From contig CAWJRG010000010.1 in NCBI GenBank assembly GCA_963845185.1, positions 256,001 through 320,000 on the forward strand: DNA of 64,000 bases, given 5' to 3'. The notes below the pieces were generated by a model that was given only the letters and a program-made list of their open reading frames with translations, was not told the origin of the DNA and did no database searches. The translations under genes and the position numbers were made by a program. Below, in pieces: positions 8,127 through 18,030 of this stretch. Every line of letters starts with the position of its first letter. The stretch's first letter is position 1. The DNA is from an uncultured bacterium (GTDB taxonomy: Bacteria > Oederibacteriota > PGYV01 > CAWJRG01).

Positions 8127-9599
8127 TTATTTCTGATCCTTTATCTTTTTTCTGAGAATCTCGTTTACCATTTGAGGGCTGGCTTTTCCTTTTGATTCTT
8201 TCATCGCCTGGCCCACAAGAAAACCAAGCCCTTTTTCCTTGCCGCCTTTTATTTCCATGGCAATTTGCTGATTCTCGGATATCACCTTGTCAATCAATGC
8301 CTCAATTTCCTTTGTGTTGGTTATCTGCGTAAGCCCTTTATCGCTTACTATTTTTTCAGGGTCATTGCCGTGTTCAAACATCTCGTCAAATACAGTCTTT
8401 GCTATTTTTCCGCTTATGATATTTTTTGTTATCATCTGTATCATTTTGCCCAAGGCCGCGGGCGCTATCTTTGTTGCCGTTATGTTCTTTACGCCCGCAT
8501 TGTTCATGCGGCCTAAAAGCTCTACCATTATCCAGTTGCTTGAGAGCTTGGGTTCATTGCATGCTTTTACCGTATTTTCATAAAAGCCGGCTGTTTCCTG
8601 GTCCTCGGTCAGAACTTCCGCGTCATACTTTGGCAGGCCGTATTCCTTGATAAATCTTTCCATTTTTTGGCCGGGCAATTCGGGTATTTCCTTTTTTATA
8701 CTTTCAATATAAATTTTGTCTGTTTCCATGGGCGGAAGGTCTGGCTCAGGAAAATACCTGTAGTCATGAGATTCTTCCTTACTCCTCATCGAAAATGTTT
8801 TGTCTTTGTTTGCGTCCCACAGCCTTGTTTCCTGCGTTACACGCTCACCCGATTCAAGCATTTTCATCTGGCGTTCCGCCTCAAATTCCAACGCTTTTTG
8901 TGCGTTGTTGAATGAGTTCATGTTTTTAATCTCGACTTTAGCTCCTAGCTTTTCTTCGCCTTTCTTCCTCACCGAAATATTTGCGTCGCAGCGCAGGCTT
9001 CCTTCTTCCATATTGCAGTCTGAAACATCAATATAACGCAGTATTGACTTTACCTGCTTTAAATAAAGGTATGCTTCTTCCGGCGTGCTTAAATCAGGCT
9101 CGCTCACAATCTCAATCAAAGGCACACCTGCCCTATTATAATCCACGAGGCTTTCCTCGGCGTCGCCTATCTGGCCTGTTTTTGTCAGGTGAAGCAGTTT
9201 ACCTGCGTCCTCTTCCATATGAAGCCGTGTTATCCCTATTCTTTTCTTTACGTCTTTATCCGCGATTTCTATAAATCCTTTTATAGCAATGGGCATGTCG
9301 TACTGGGATATCTGGTAGGCTTTGGGAAGGTCCGGGTAATAATAATTTTTCCTGTCAAATTTCGATTTATACGCGATTGTGCAGTTTAAGGCAAGGCCTG
9401 CTTTGATGGCGTGGTGCACTACCTGTTTGTTTATTACAGGCAGACTTCCCGGCAAACCGAGGCATACCGGGCATATGTGCGTGTTGGGTTCGGCTCCGAA
9501 TTCAGTCGGGCACCCGCAGAATATCTTGCTTTTTGTATTAAGCTCGGCATGCACCTCGAGCCCTATAACCACTTCATATTTTTCCTTCAGATTTTCCAT
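8127..9599 (-). CDS. gatB: Asp-tRNA(Asn)/Glu-tRNA(Gln) amidotransferase subunit B
   Basis: IGLEVHAEL, FDRKNYYYPDLPKAYQISQ, HMEEDAGK, RCDANIS, DYRYFPEPDL. Confidence 0.97.
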   Translation of the reverse strand: MENLKEKYEVVIGLEVHAELNTKSKIFCGCPTEFGAEPNTHICPVCLGLPGSLPVINKQVVHHAIKAGLALNCTIAYKSKFDRKNYYYPDLPKAYQISQYDMPIAIKGFIEIADKDVKKRIGITRLHMEEDAGKLLHLTKTGQIGDAEESLVDYNRAGVPLIEIVSEPDLSTPEEAYLYLKQVKSILRYIDVSDCNMEEGSLRCDANISVRKKGEEKLGAKVEIKNMNSFNNAQKALEFEAERQMKMLESGERVTQETRLWDANKDKTFSMRSKEESHDYRYFPEPDLPPMETDKIYIESIKKEIPELPGQKMERFIKEYGLPKYDAEVLTEDQETAGFYENTVKACNEPKLSSNWIMVELLGRMNNAGVKNITATKIAPAALGKMIQMITKNIISGKIAKTVFDEMFEHGNDPEKIVSDKGLTQITNTKEIEALIDKVISENQQIAMEIKGGKEKGLGFLVGQAMKESKGKASPQMVNEILRKKIKDQK

Positions 9600-9619
9600 T
9601 TACTATTTTATGCCTCTTG

Positions 9620-10018
9620 TCATTCTGCCTTATTCTCGCTGCTGCCGGGTTCCTGTTCCTGTGTCTCCTGTTTCGGCTGTTCCTGCGTTTCCTGCTTTGG
9701 CTCTTCCTTGTTTTCCTCGCCTGTTTCCGCTTCCTCTTCTTCTTTTTCCTCTTTCTTGAACTCCGCGGTTTTTTCCTCCCACTCATTTTCCTGCAGGATA
9801 ACAAGCGGCCTATCCGGATACATGGACATATCAAAATTTTCCATAGCAATATCCTGCGATCCGCAAGAAGCGCACTGGACTTCAATATCCACATCCCCGG
9901 AATCTTTCTGGCAGTAACGTGTCAGCACACCTGCGTTAAATTCCCACAGCTCAAGTGGTTTGTAATCAGTAACAACGCTTAAAAAGCCTTTGTCGTTTCC
10001 ACATTTTCTGCAAATCAT
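9620..10018 (-). CDS. Acidic hypothetical protein with two CxxC motifs and repeat tail
   Basis: SD GGAGGT; CRKC...CASC; E/Q-rich tail EPKQETQE-QPKQETQE. Confidence 0.75.
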   Translation of the reverse strand: MICRKCGNDKGFLSVVTDYKPLELWEFNAGVLTRYCQKDSGDVDIEVQCASCGSQDIAMENFDMSMYPDRPLVILQENEWEEKTAEFKKEEKEEEEAETGEENKEEPKQETQEQPKQETQEQEPGSSENKAE

Positions 10019-10029
10019 ATGCTACCTCC

Positions 10030-11490
10030 TTATATATTTGGCCTTTTTTTATGCCAATCAGTGTTTTGCTGGTAGATATTCGCGATGTCGAACATATCCT
10101 GCTCGCAAAAAGGCTTTCCCAGTATCTGCATTCCCACAGGCAAGCCTTTTTTGTCGAAACCGCACGGTATGGACAACCCTGGCAGTCCGGCAAGGTTTGG
10201 CGCTATGGTAAATATGTCGGATAAATACATTGTCATGGGATCCTCTGTCTTTTCTCCGACCTTAAAAGCCGTCGTAGGCGATACCGGAGTTATTATTATG
10301 TCAACTTTTTCAAATGTCTTGTCAAAATCTTTTTTTATCAACGTCCTCACCTTCTGTGCTTTTTTATAATATGCGTCGTAATAACCCGAAGAAAGCACAT
10401 ATGTACCAAGCATTATCCTTCTTTTTGTTTCCTTACCGAATCCTTTTTGCCTACTTTTCTTATACATATCAATCATATTGTCAGTCGTCGTGTCCCTGAG
10501 CCCGTATTGTACGCCGTCGAACCTGGCGAGGTTCGATGAAGCTTCGGCCGGCGCTATAATATAATAAACATCTATAGCGTAATCCGTGTGCGGCAAACTG
10601 ATTTTTTCTGTTTTTGCGCCGAGTTTCTCAAGCACCTTAACCGCGTCAATAATACTTACCTTGACTTCCGGCTGCATTCCCTCGATAAAATATTCTTCCG
10701 GAAGCCCTATAACCTTATTTTTTATGTCACTTTTTAAATTCTTATAATAATCCGCTACCTCAACAGGCGCCGATGTCGAATCACGGTTATCTTTCCCTGC
10801 TATATATTTCAGCAATACGGCGTTATCTCTCGCTGTTTTTGTAATCGGGCCTATCTGGTCAAGCGATGACGCGAACGCTATCAGGCCGTATCTAGATACC
10901 CTTCCGTATGTAGGCTTGAGCCCTGTTATTCCGCAAAGCCCGCTTGGCTGTTTTATCGAGCCCCCGGTATCCGAACCAAGCGCCGCTATGCACATGTCTG
11001 CAGCTACCACAGCTGCGGAACCACCACTTGAACCTCCTGGAACCCTTTCAATGTCCCACGGATTGCGCGTAGTAAAAAAAGCCGAGTTTTCTGTTGAAGA
11101 ACCGAATGCATATTCATCCATGTTTGTTTTTCCTATAAAAACCGCGCCTGCTTCCTGCAGCTTTTCAAGTACAGTAGCAGTATAAGGTGGCCTGTATCCC
11201 TCGAGCATTTTTGCCGAACAAGTGGTTGGATAGCCGTCAAGCACCATATTATCCTTTATTGCTATTGGTATGCCTGTAAGTTCCGTGACGTTTTGATTTT
11301 TTGATAATCTAGCCTCGGCAGCCTCAGCCGACTTATACGCAAGGTCTTCTGTCAAAGACACAAAGCCTTTTACCTTTGGATCAACCTGCTTTATCCTTTT
11401 ATAAACGCTGTCAAGGATATCTTTTGGCTTTATTTTCTTTTCTTTCAACTGCGTGCTCAGTTCCTCTATTGTCTGCTGGTACAGTTCCAT
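10030..11490 (-). CDS. gatA: Amidotransferase subunit A
   Basis: Amidase signature GKTNMDEYAFGSS, PGGSSGGSAA, GSDTGGSI, SSNLARFDG. Confidence 0.97.
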   Translation of the reverse strand: MELYQQTIEELSTQLKEKKIKPKDILDSVYKRIKQVDPKVKGFVSLTEDLAYKSAEAAEARLSKNQNVTELTGIPIAIKDNMVLDGYPTTCSAKMLEGYRPPYTATVLEKLQEAGAVFIGKTNMDEYAFGSSTENSAFFTTRNPWDIERVPGGSSGGSAAVVAADMCIAALGSDTGGSIKQPSGLCGITGLKPTYGRVSRYGLIAFASSLDQIGPITKTARDNAVLLKYIAGKDNRDSTSAPVEVADYYKNLKSDIKNKVIGLPEEYFIEGMQPEVKVSIIDAVKVLEKLGAKTEKISLPHTDYAIDVYYIIAPAEASSNLARFDGVQYGLRDTTTDNMIDMYKKSRQKGFGKETKRRIMLGTYVLSSGYYDAYYKKAQKVRTLIKKDFDKTFEKVDIIITPVSPTTAFKVGEKTEDPMTMYLSDIFTIAPNLAGLPGLSIPCGFDKKGLPVGMQILGKPFCEQDMFDIANIYQQNTDWHKKRPNI

Positions 11491-11544
11491 ACCCTTCCTC
11501 TTTTTTTTAACATTAAACTTTTAACTTTAAACATTAAACTGTTT

Positions 11545-11829
11545 TTAAATAATTTTCGGTACCTTAAACCCATTATTTTCTATCGAAGGCGCCGCGTCAA
11601 AAACTTTCTTTCTGTCAACTGTTTGCTTTATTTCATCTTCCCTATAAACATTTTTCATATCAATAGTGTAAAAAGTCGGCTCAATATTGTCCGTATCAAG
11701 CTTTTGAAGTTTATTAATATGTTCAAGAATATTCGAAAGCTGCTGCGCATATTTATCTTTTTCTTCCTCTGCTATCTCCAGCCGTGATAAATGCGCAATA
11801 TACTCAACGTCTTTCTTTGTTATTGCCAT
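11545..11829 (-). CDS. gatC: Amidotransferase subunit C
   Basis: ITKKDVEYIAHLSRL...REDE...FKVPKII, upstream of gatA. Confidence 0.95.
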   Translation of the reverse strand: MAITKKDVEYIAHLSRLEIAEEEKDKYAQQLSNILEHINKLQKLDTDNIEPTFYTIDMKNVYREDEIKQTVDRKKVFDAAPSIENNGFKVPKII

Positions 11830-11840
11830 GTTTCACTCCT

Positions 11841-11940
11841 AAATATCGTTTGTTTTGTCAAGCTTCCAGCGCAGACAAAACATTACGAGATTTTGTACCC
11901 GCTCAAGTCCGAGGCCACTGGGCCGAGGACAAGTGGTGCT
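11841..11940 (-). promoter_or_regulatory. Two-hairpin leader element, copy 1 (before gatC)
   Basis: AGCACCACTTGTCCTCGGCC..GGCCTCGGACTTGAGCGGGTAC..GTAATGTTTTG..CAAAACAAAC..TAGGAG; homologous to three other copies. Confidence 0.75.
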
Positions 11941-12016
11941 TTAAAAATGCAAATAAATAACTTACGCCCGTTTTTGCGGGGTACTTTTAAACTTATCTTT
12001 TTTACCTGTACAAAAG

Positions 12017-12045
12017 AATTTATCATAAAAAAATAAAGTATTCAA
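12017..12045 (-). promoter_or_regulatory. Sigma70-type promoter for gatCAB
   Basis: TTGAAT-N17-TAAATT with TGn extended -10. Confidence 0.5.
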
Positions 12046-12101
12046 GGTCTATCTGGAGATTGGAGGTTGATTGTATCCCCAAAAAACCGAATTTTACTGA
12101 T

Positions 12102-13919
12102 TTATTCAGGCTTACTATTATTTTTTGCAGCATTTAAAAGCGTTTTTATTTCTGCGGTCTTTTTCTCGGATCTGGTCCATATATCCACTGCTTTTTTATA
12201 TTCCCCCATGTCATAATATATGTTGCCCAACAGATTGTAAAGCGCGCTGTAATTACCGTGCGCAGTTATAATTCTATTTAAGTATTCTATCGCTTGTTCC
12301 CTATTTTTATCCAAATACATTATCGCAAGCATCAAGCAGGCTTTTTCTGACGGATAATCTGTTGTAAAGTCCTTAAGCTCGCTGAAAGCCTTTTTAAAAT
12401 TAGCTTTGGTATAAAATTCAGAGTCATCTGCAGGTGTTAAATACTTAAAATATTTATCGATTTTTTGGGGGTTTACAAAAATAATAGCTTCATCGTCAAA
12501 ATATACAGCTTTATAATTAAGTCCGGATAACTTATCAATAACTGGTGCCCCATAGGAAAGTAAAAAACTGTTTATGTTGTTTTTTGCAATGAAATCCTTA
12601 TAATTCCCTTGCGTGTAATATATATTAGAATATTCCTGAATTACTGTAAACAGCGCGTTAAGCCTGCCGTTTACCATTATTTTATATTCCGGGAAAAGCA
12701 TATACTCAAAATATCCGCCCCATTCGTAATTTGAAAACAAATTTGGCGGTACTTTTGATTTCGTAATATATTTAAGCGCCTGCTCAGGATAAATACTTTT
12801 TGGAACTGCTGCTATTTTGAATGCCCCAAAAGCAAGCAGTAGCAAAGTCACGGCAATATAAATTTTATTGTTGAATGTAACAAGGTCTTTGTTTTCAGTC
12901 AACAAAACATCCTTCTTAATAGCCAAAAAGATATAATAGGATAAAATTGGCAAGGATGTTATTATAAACAAGGGTATGTTTTTCCTGACTGCTAGACCGG
13001 CTGTCAGGAATAAAAGGATTATAACGCCGTCCTTTAGAAATACCGCGTTTCTCCTTATATCTGAGTCTTTCAAGTTGCGAAAAAATACCAGTATAACCGT
13101 TGCCGAATAAATAAAAAAAACTGAAAAATATGCTGCGTTATCAATATTCGAAAAATCAAATCCAGTCTGCCATTCTTTTATATATTGTTTGATTCCGAAA
13201 TCCTGCATGAAAAAAATTAAACTTTTCGGGCCCTCGGGGCTTATAAACGATGCGAGTATTACGCCGGCAAGTGAAATCAGTAATATTCTAAAATCGTAGG
13301 ATTGTCTCTTTTCCTTTAACTTATATAAATTAACGCTGTAAAAAACACAATATATAAACATAACAATCGCGCCGATTATTTCTGTCGCGTGTATGTTCAC
13401 CCATAAAACAGCTGCAACAGGAAGCGAATAGTATAATATTTTATGGCTTTTTACCGGCTCATGCTCAAGTACATATATGAAATACAGAATGAATAAAAAA
13501 GTGAAAAACTGGGGCCTTAAAACCAGGAAAGGCGACAGCAAATATACGGCAAGAAGCCAAAAAGGCAGTACCGGCTCAAGGTATTTGGCCTGCTGCCTCA
13601 CTCGTATAACAAGAAAAAGCAGGCCAAAAAGTCCTGCTGCCATGAGTATTTTGAAATATAAAAGGTTGTTTATTCCAATAAAAATCGACAACAAATAAAT
13701 AATAACGTCAAAAAGCCATTCATGCGAATACCATTTTTGATTCGCAGCATAGGAAAAAGTATCATATTTCGGCAGGCCGTGAGCTTTTATTATTTCCCTG
13801 CCCGATGACATATGCCACCATGTGTCGCTGTCGAGAAAGTTGTTGTAAGAAATGGAAAAAAGGACAAATAAGGCGGCCAAAAGGAAAAAACCTTTTATTA
13901 GAGTGCTTTTTACGGCCAT
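12102..13919 (-). CDS. Polytopic membrane protein (GT-C-like) with C-terminal TPR
   Basis: DSDTWWHMSSGREI, HEWLFD, RPQFFT, WVNIH, YEWGGY motifs; many TM segments; terminal YNLLGNIYYDMGEYKKAV. Confidence 0.7.
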   Translation of the reverse strand: MAVKSTLIKGFFLLAALFVLFSISYNNFLDSDTWWHMSSGREIIKAHGLPKYDTFSYAANQKWYSHEWLFDVIIYLLSIFIGINNLLYFKILMAAGLFGLLFLVIRVRQQAKYLEPVLPFWLLAVYLLSPFLVLRPQFFTFLFILYFIYVLEHEPVKSHKILYYSLPVAAVLWVNIHATEIIGAIVMFIYCVFYSVNLYKLKEKRQSYDFRILLISLAGVILASFISPEGPKSLIFFMQDFGIKQYIKEWQTGFDFSNIDNAAYFSVFFIYSATVILVFFRNLKDSDIRRNAVFLKDGVIILLFLTAGLAVRKNIPLFIITSLPILSYYIFLAIKKDVLLTENKDLVTFNNKIYIAVTLLLLAFGAFKIAAVPKSIYPEQALKYITKSKVPPNLFSNYEWGGYFEYMLFPEYKIMVNGRLNALFTVIQEYSNIYYTQGNYKDFIAKNNINSFLLSYGAPVIDKLSGLNYKAVYFDDEAIIFVNPQKIDKYFKYLTPADDSEFYTKANFKKAFSELKDFTTDYPSEKACLMLAIMYLDKNREQAIEYLNRIITAHGNYSALYNLLGNIYYDMGEYKKAVDIWTRSEKKTAEIKTLLNAAKNNSKPE

Positions 13920-13920
13920 A

Positions 13921-14238
13921 TTAATCTTTTATTTTGATAAAAACCATTTTTACCGTGTCTTTTGTGTCGTTTGTTATACTGTGGTTTTCTTTTTTCTCCG
14001 CGGTGAACGCGTCGCCTGCTTTTACCCTGAATTCTTTCCCGCCTGCCATAAACTTAGGTGCCCCGGACACAAAATAAAAAAGCTCAATCTCGTCTTCATG
14101 CGAGTGCTCGTTTATGGCATCTCCGGGCTTTATATAAGCCACGCCAAGTGCATATTTTTCCGCGGTAAAAAGGTACTTCGAGCCAGACTGTTTTTCCTTA
14201 TTTTTAAACTCCACCTCATTGTCGTTTACATGTTTCAT
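13921..14238 (-). CDS. Cupin domain protein
   Basis: PGDAINEHSHEDEIELFYFVSG...KAGD...HSITN. Confidence 0.9.
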   Translation of the reverse strand: MKHVNDNEVEFKNKEKQSGSKYLFTAEKYALGVAYIKPGDAINEHSHEDEIELFYFVSGAPKFMAGGKEFRVKAGDAFTAEKKENHSITNDTKDTVKMVFIKIKD

Positions 14239-14247
14239 TTTTCCTCC

Positions 14248-14345
14248 TAAGTAAGAGTTTATTTTGTAAACCCGCAGAGTGAAGCAAAATATTACTCTTG
14301 CTTACACCCGCTCAAGTCCCGATTTTACGAGGGACAAGAGGTGTT
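14248..14345 (-). promoter_or_regulatory. Two-hairpin leader element, copy 2 (before cupin gene)
   Basis: ACACCTCTTGTCCCTC..TCGGGACTTGAGCGGGTG-TAAGCAAGAGTAATATTTTG..CAAAATAAACTCTTACTTAGGAGG. Confidence 0.75.
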
Positions 14346-14443
14346 AAAGTCCGTCGATTTTGCCGGGTGTAAAAACCAAAGCCAAAATCTTACGGAATCT
14401 TGCACCCGTTCTTGTCTCCATAAGGAGTAAGTGGTTTCTTTTA

Positions 14444-15892
14444 TCATTTTTTTTTCTTATATAAAATAATATCCTTTGTTTCGATTTGTTTGTCGTAAAA
14501 AGATCTGAACAATTGCGAAAATGCTTCTTCTTTTTCCTGCCGCGTAAGGACAAAAAAATCAGGCGGGTTATCCGCCATTTTCGCCCCAAACGTTTCCATG
14601 TCGTGCTGATAATACCCGAAAGCGTAAGCGTATACAAACCTGGAAGGCGCTTTAATGCCTGTCAGGAAATATATTTCAGGCTCGTTTGGCCATACAAACA
14701 AAGTGGTTTTGTCTGTTTTTCCCCTGTTTATTATTTCTGCCACGGCGCTGCTCTCATAAAACATTTCCTTGGTATATACACCGCTTTTATAAAATTCTAT
14801 CAATTTTAAATAATTGATGAAAAAAAATATATTAGCGATGAAAAAAACTGCTAATACCGTTAAAGCCGCCTTGTAATTAGTTTTTTTTGTAATCATTGTA
14901 TAAAAATCCCTGAACATTATTGCCGCAAGGATAGCAAGTGCAGGAATAAAAACCATGTAATAATGTGCGTATGTATCCTTAAGTATTCTTATTCCTATAT
15001 ACATTGTTATTACAGAGAAACAAATTAAAAAATTGACCCTGTCTTTTGGAGCTTTGAAAAGCTTGTATGCCGACCATAAAAAGGCCATAAGAAGCAACGC
15101 ATTCGAGTTTATTATTAACCTTAAAACCGCAAAAAGTTCGTCGTTGTTAGTTCCGGTTGCTTTTGCGCCTATATAAAAAAGGTTGTACATGATGTTACAG
15201 TCAATAAAATAATTCAATATACCGTTTTTTACGCACCATATTAATACCAGCAGGGTTATTGTCAGGAACCCAGCTGTGTACCATGCTGCGTAACTGATTA
15301 GGTCTTTTTTATTTTTATAGTAAAAAATAAGGTAAATAACCGGCGCCACAAACACGAATAAAACCATGGTTTTTATGTACACGGCTATGCCTATGAAAAT
15401 GCCTGAAATAAAAAAGTTGACATGCGCATATTTTTTTTCAATATCCGTTAAAAACAGCAATGATAAAATCAGGGGTATCTGCAGAAAAACCTCGGTATTG
15501 GCTGTTTCGCCCCCCATCATATAATTATTCTGGTATACCATGTATATAAGCGCTGCGAGCAGAGATAACCACCTACCGCTTATATGCCGCATAAAAATAA
15601 AAACAAGTATCATGGTTACAATGACGCATAAAGTTGTAAATGTCCTTATGGCATATACGGAAATCCCAAAAAAATCAAAAGCGGTTTTGTAAATATAATA
15701 AATAAAGGGCGGTTTCTGGTCAAAAGTGTCCTTATAGGGCAGTTCGTTATGGTATATGTGCTGCGCCATGTAGGCGTATGTGCCCTCATCCCTGTCAAGC
15801 GGCATGCCGGTAAACGGCACTCTTATGGCAGCCATAATTATTATTAACAGCAGCAGCATGCAGATTTCCAGTATGGTTATTTTCTTTTCCAT
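14444..15892 (-). CDS. ArnT/PMT (GT39/GT83-like) membrane glycosyltransferase
   Basis: LDRDEGTYAYMA, PYKDTFDQKPP, ANTEVF, many TM helices. Confidence 0.8.
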   Translation of the reverse strand: MEKKITILEICMLLLLIIIMAAIRVPFTGMPLDRDEGTYAYMAQHIYHNELPYKDTFDQKPPFIYYIYKTAFDFFGISVYAIRTFTTLCVIVTMILVFIFMRHISGRWLSLLAALIYMVYQNNYMMGGETANTEVFLQIPLILSLLFLTDIEKKYAHVNFFISGIFIGIAVYIKTMVLFVFVAPVIYLIFYYKNKKDLISYAAWYTAGFLTITLLVLIWCVKNGILNYFIDCNIMYNLFYIGAKATGTNNDELFAVLRLIINSNALLLMAFLWSAYKLFKAPKDRVNFLICFSVITMYIGIRILKDTYAHYYMVFIPALAILAAIMFRDFYTMITKKTNYKAALTVLAVFFIANIFFFINYLKLIEFYKSGVYTKEMFYESSAVAEIINRGKTDKTTLFVWPNEPEIYFLTGIKAPSRFVYAYAFGYYQHDMETFGAKMADNPPDFFVLTRQEKEEAFSQLFRSFYDKQIETKDIILYKKKK

Positions 15893-17007
15893 CAGACTGC
15901 CGCTTTAATTATTTTCATTACTTTTTCTTTGTCCATTTCCACCGGGTTATAAGCCATTGAGCCTGTGTAAATTGTCTTTTCCATAATCTCCTGAATCTTT
16001 TCTTTGATATTTTTGTCTATGCCCGTTAATTTCAGCGGGATTCCCATTTTCCTGTTCAGGCTTCTTACACCTTTGATAATGTTAAACTCGAGTATCTTAT
16101 TCAATTTATTGAATTCTTTTCTGCGCTGCCTTGAGTTGAATTCAAGTACATGAGGCATAAGCACAGCGTTTACAAGGCCGTGCGGTACTTTAAGTACTGC
16201 TCCGATCGGGTGCCCAATACCATGTATCGCGCCCAATCCTGCGTTTGCGAAAGCCATGCCTGCTGTAAGGCTTGCCAAAAGCATATCATAGCGTGCTTTC
16301 CTGTTATTGCCGCTTTTATATGCTTTATAAATGCTCAGGAATACAGTCTCGATTGCCTTTACGGACAAGGCCCTTGTGCATTCGTTAGCCGATTTGGAAA
16401 AATACGACTCGGCTGCGTGGCTTAAGGCATCCATGCCGCTGTATGCTGTTATTTTTGGCGGCATTGTGAGGGTCAATTCGGGGTCAGCTATAACAGCGTC
16501 TGATATCAGCGAATCTCCCCTTAAGCTTATTTTAATGCCTTTTAATGTATAAGTCAAAACCGCATTTTTGGTTGTTTCTGAACCCGAGCCCGCGGTTGTT
16601 GGTATGGCTATAAAATAGGCGCCTTTCTGAATTACCTTTGCCTTCTCGTCAAGAAAATCCTTTACGCTTAAATTGTGCCTGAATATGCCTGCCGCGGCTT
16701 TTGCGCAGTCAAGCGCGCTGCCGCCGCCCATGCCTATTATGCAGTCTATATTGTTTTGCCTGGCATAAGAAGCGCAGTAATCAACCGTTTCCACTGAAAC
16801 TTCAGGCTCAACCCTGTCAAATATAAATATTTTTTTTTGCAGGCCGTTTAATATATTTAAGACGCTGTTTAAAACCCCTGATTTTTTTGCTGAATTTTTG
16901 CCTGTAACGACAAGGATATTCTCCCCTTTTACCAGCCCGCCCAGTTTTCCCATGCTGCCGTACCCAAAAAATATCTTCGGAGGGAAAACCATGCTGAATT
17001 CCTTCAT
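15892..17007 (-). CDS. Iron-containing alcohol dehydrogenase
   Basis: GMGGGSALDCAK, IPTTAGSGSE, GMDALSHAAES, HGIGH, PHG. Start reassigned to MKEFS, overlapping the upstream stop. Confidence 0.92.
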   Translation of the reverse strand: MKEFSMVFPPKIFFGYGSMGKLGGLVKGENILVVTGKNSAKKSGVLNSVLNILNGLQKKIFIFDRVEPEVSVETVDYCASYARQNNIDCIIGMGGGSALDCAKAAAGIFRHNLSVKDFLDEKAKVIQKGAYFIAIPTTAGSGSETTKNAVLTYTLKGIKISLRGDSLISDAVIADPELTLTMPPKITAYSGMDALSHAAESYFSKSANECTRALSVKAIETVFLSIYKAYKSGNNRKARYDMLLASLTAGMAFANAGLGAIHGIGHPIGAVLKVPHGLVNAVLMPHVLEFNSRQRRKEFNKLNKILEFNIIKGVRSLNRKMGIPLKLTGIDKNIKEKIQEIMEKTIYTGSMAYNPVEMDKEKVMKIIKAAV

Positions 17008-17801
17008 ATAATAACTGCCCCGCCGTAACCAACAACCTGGCTGTAATCCCCGCTCGCATCCCCGGAATTCATATATCTGATTATCCTTCCTTCTTTTGCT
17101 CCAAGGAGTTTGCACGCATGCAGAAGTACAAAAGTAGGCATCCATCCGCACATTGATATGTCATGTTCCTGAACAGCCTCGACCAGGGCGTTTTCGTCCA
17201 TTTTCTCTATGGCAGAAAGTACAAAAGAATCTTTTGTATGCGCTGTTTTTGAATCCTCATAATGGGTCAGGTCGGTTGACGAAATAAGCAGCACATCCCT
17301 GTCTTTAATGCTTTCGCTTATCGCCCTTGCTGTTTCTTTCAGGTGCTCTATATTGTAATCCCTGAATATGATTGGAACAAAGGTAAAATTTTTCTTGATT
17401 TCCTGCAAAAAGGGCAGCTGCACTTCAATTGAATGCTCCCTTATATGCGCCGAAGTGTCCTTTAGCGCGTTATCTGAATTTTTTAATATGTCGTTTGCCA
17501 GCGGCTGGTTTATTTTGACATCGCCGAGCGGCGTCCTCCATACTCCTTCGTTCATGATTGAAATCGCCGGCCCCATGCCCGTATGGTTCGGCCCCATTAT
17601 TATTGCTATGTCCGGTATGTTTATTGACGAATACACTTCGCCCGCCACTTTCCCGGAATAAATATATCCTGCGTGTGGCACGACAATACCTTTAACGTCG
17701 AGCTTTTTTTCTTTTTCTACGATGTATTTATTGACATGCTTTTTCAGGGCATAAGCATCTGCCTCGTAAAACATTCCTGCGACAGCAGGGTCCCTTAGCA
17801 T
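17004..17801 (-). CDS. amrB: MEMO1 family / AmmeMemoRadiSam system protein B
   Basis: RDPAVAGMFY, PHAGYIYSG, GPNH, EHSIEVQLPFLQ, SSTDLTHY, SMCG, VVGYGG. Start at MLRDP behind SD AAGGAG. Confidence 0.92.
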   Translation of the reverse strand: MLRDPAVAGMFYEADAYALKKHVNKYIVEKEKKLDVKGIVVPHAGYIYSGKVAGEVYSSINIPDIAIIMGPNHTGMGPAISIMNEGVWRTPLGDVKINQPLANDILKNSDNALKDTSAHIREHSIEVQLPFLQEIKKNFTFVPIIFRDYNIEHLKETARAISESIKDRDVLLISSTDLTHYEDSKTAHTKDSFVLSAIEKMDENALVEAVQEHDISMCGWMPTFVLLHACKLLGAKEGRIIRYMNSGDASGDYSQVVGYGGAVII

Positions 17802-17815
17802 TTTAAACTCCTTAC

Positions 17816-17914
17816 GATAGCTTTTGTTTTGTCCAGCCGAAGGCGCCGGCAAAACATTACGCTATCTTGTACCCGCTCCAGTCCGAAGCCTACAGGCCGA
17901 GGACAAGCGGTGCT
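17816..17914 (-). promoter_or_regulatory. Two-hairpin leader element, copy 3 (before amrB)
   Basis: AGCACCGCTTGTCCTCGGCC..GGCTTCGGACTGGAGCGGGTAC..GATAGCGTAATGTTTTG..CAAAACAAAAGCTATC-GTAAGGAG. Confidence 0.75.
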
Positions 17915-17947
17915 ACAATATCGTTTTGACTTTTTTTATCCTAAAGC

Positions 17948-17976
17948 ATTTTACTCAATTTTCCTACTTGTGTCAA
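17948..17976 (-). promoter_or_regulatory. Sigma70-type promoter upstream of copy 3 / amrB
   Basis: TTGACA-N17-TAAAAT. Confidence 0.6.
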
Positions 17977-18030
17977 TCGGCTAGGCAGTTTCTAAAACTA
18001 CTTGTCCCAATATGTCTTTTCTAATTTAGA

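Noticed and set aside
17008..17151. N-terminal extension of the Fe-ADH in the ORF track (and 17802-17852 for amrB)
   Set aside because: These overlap the upstream gene or the leader element; downstream ATGs match the family starts.
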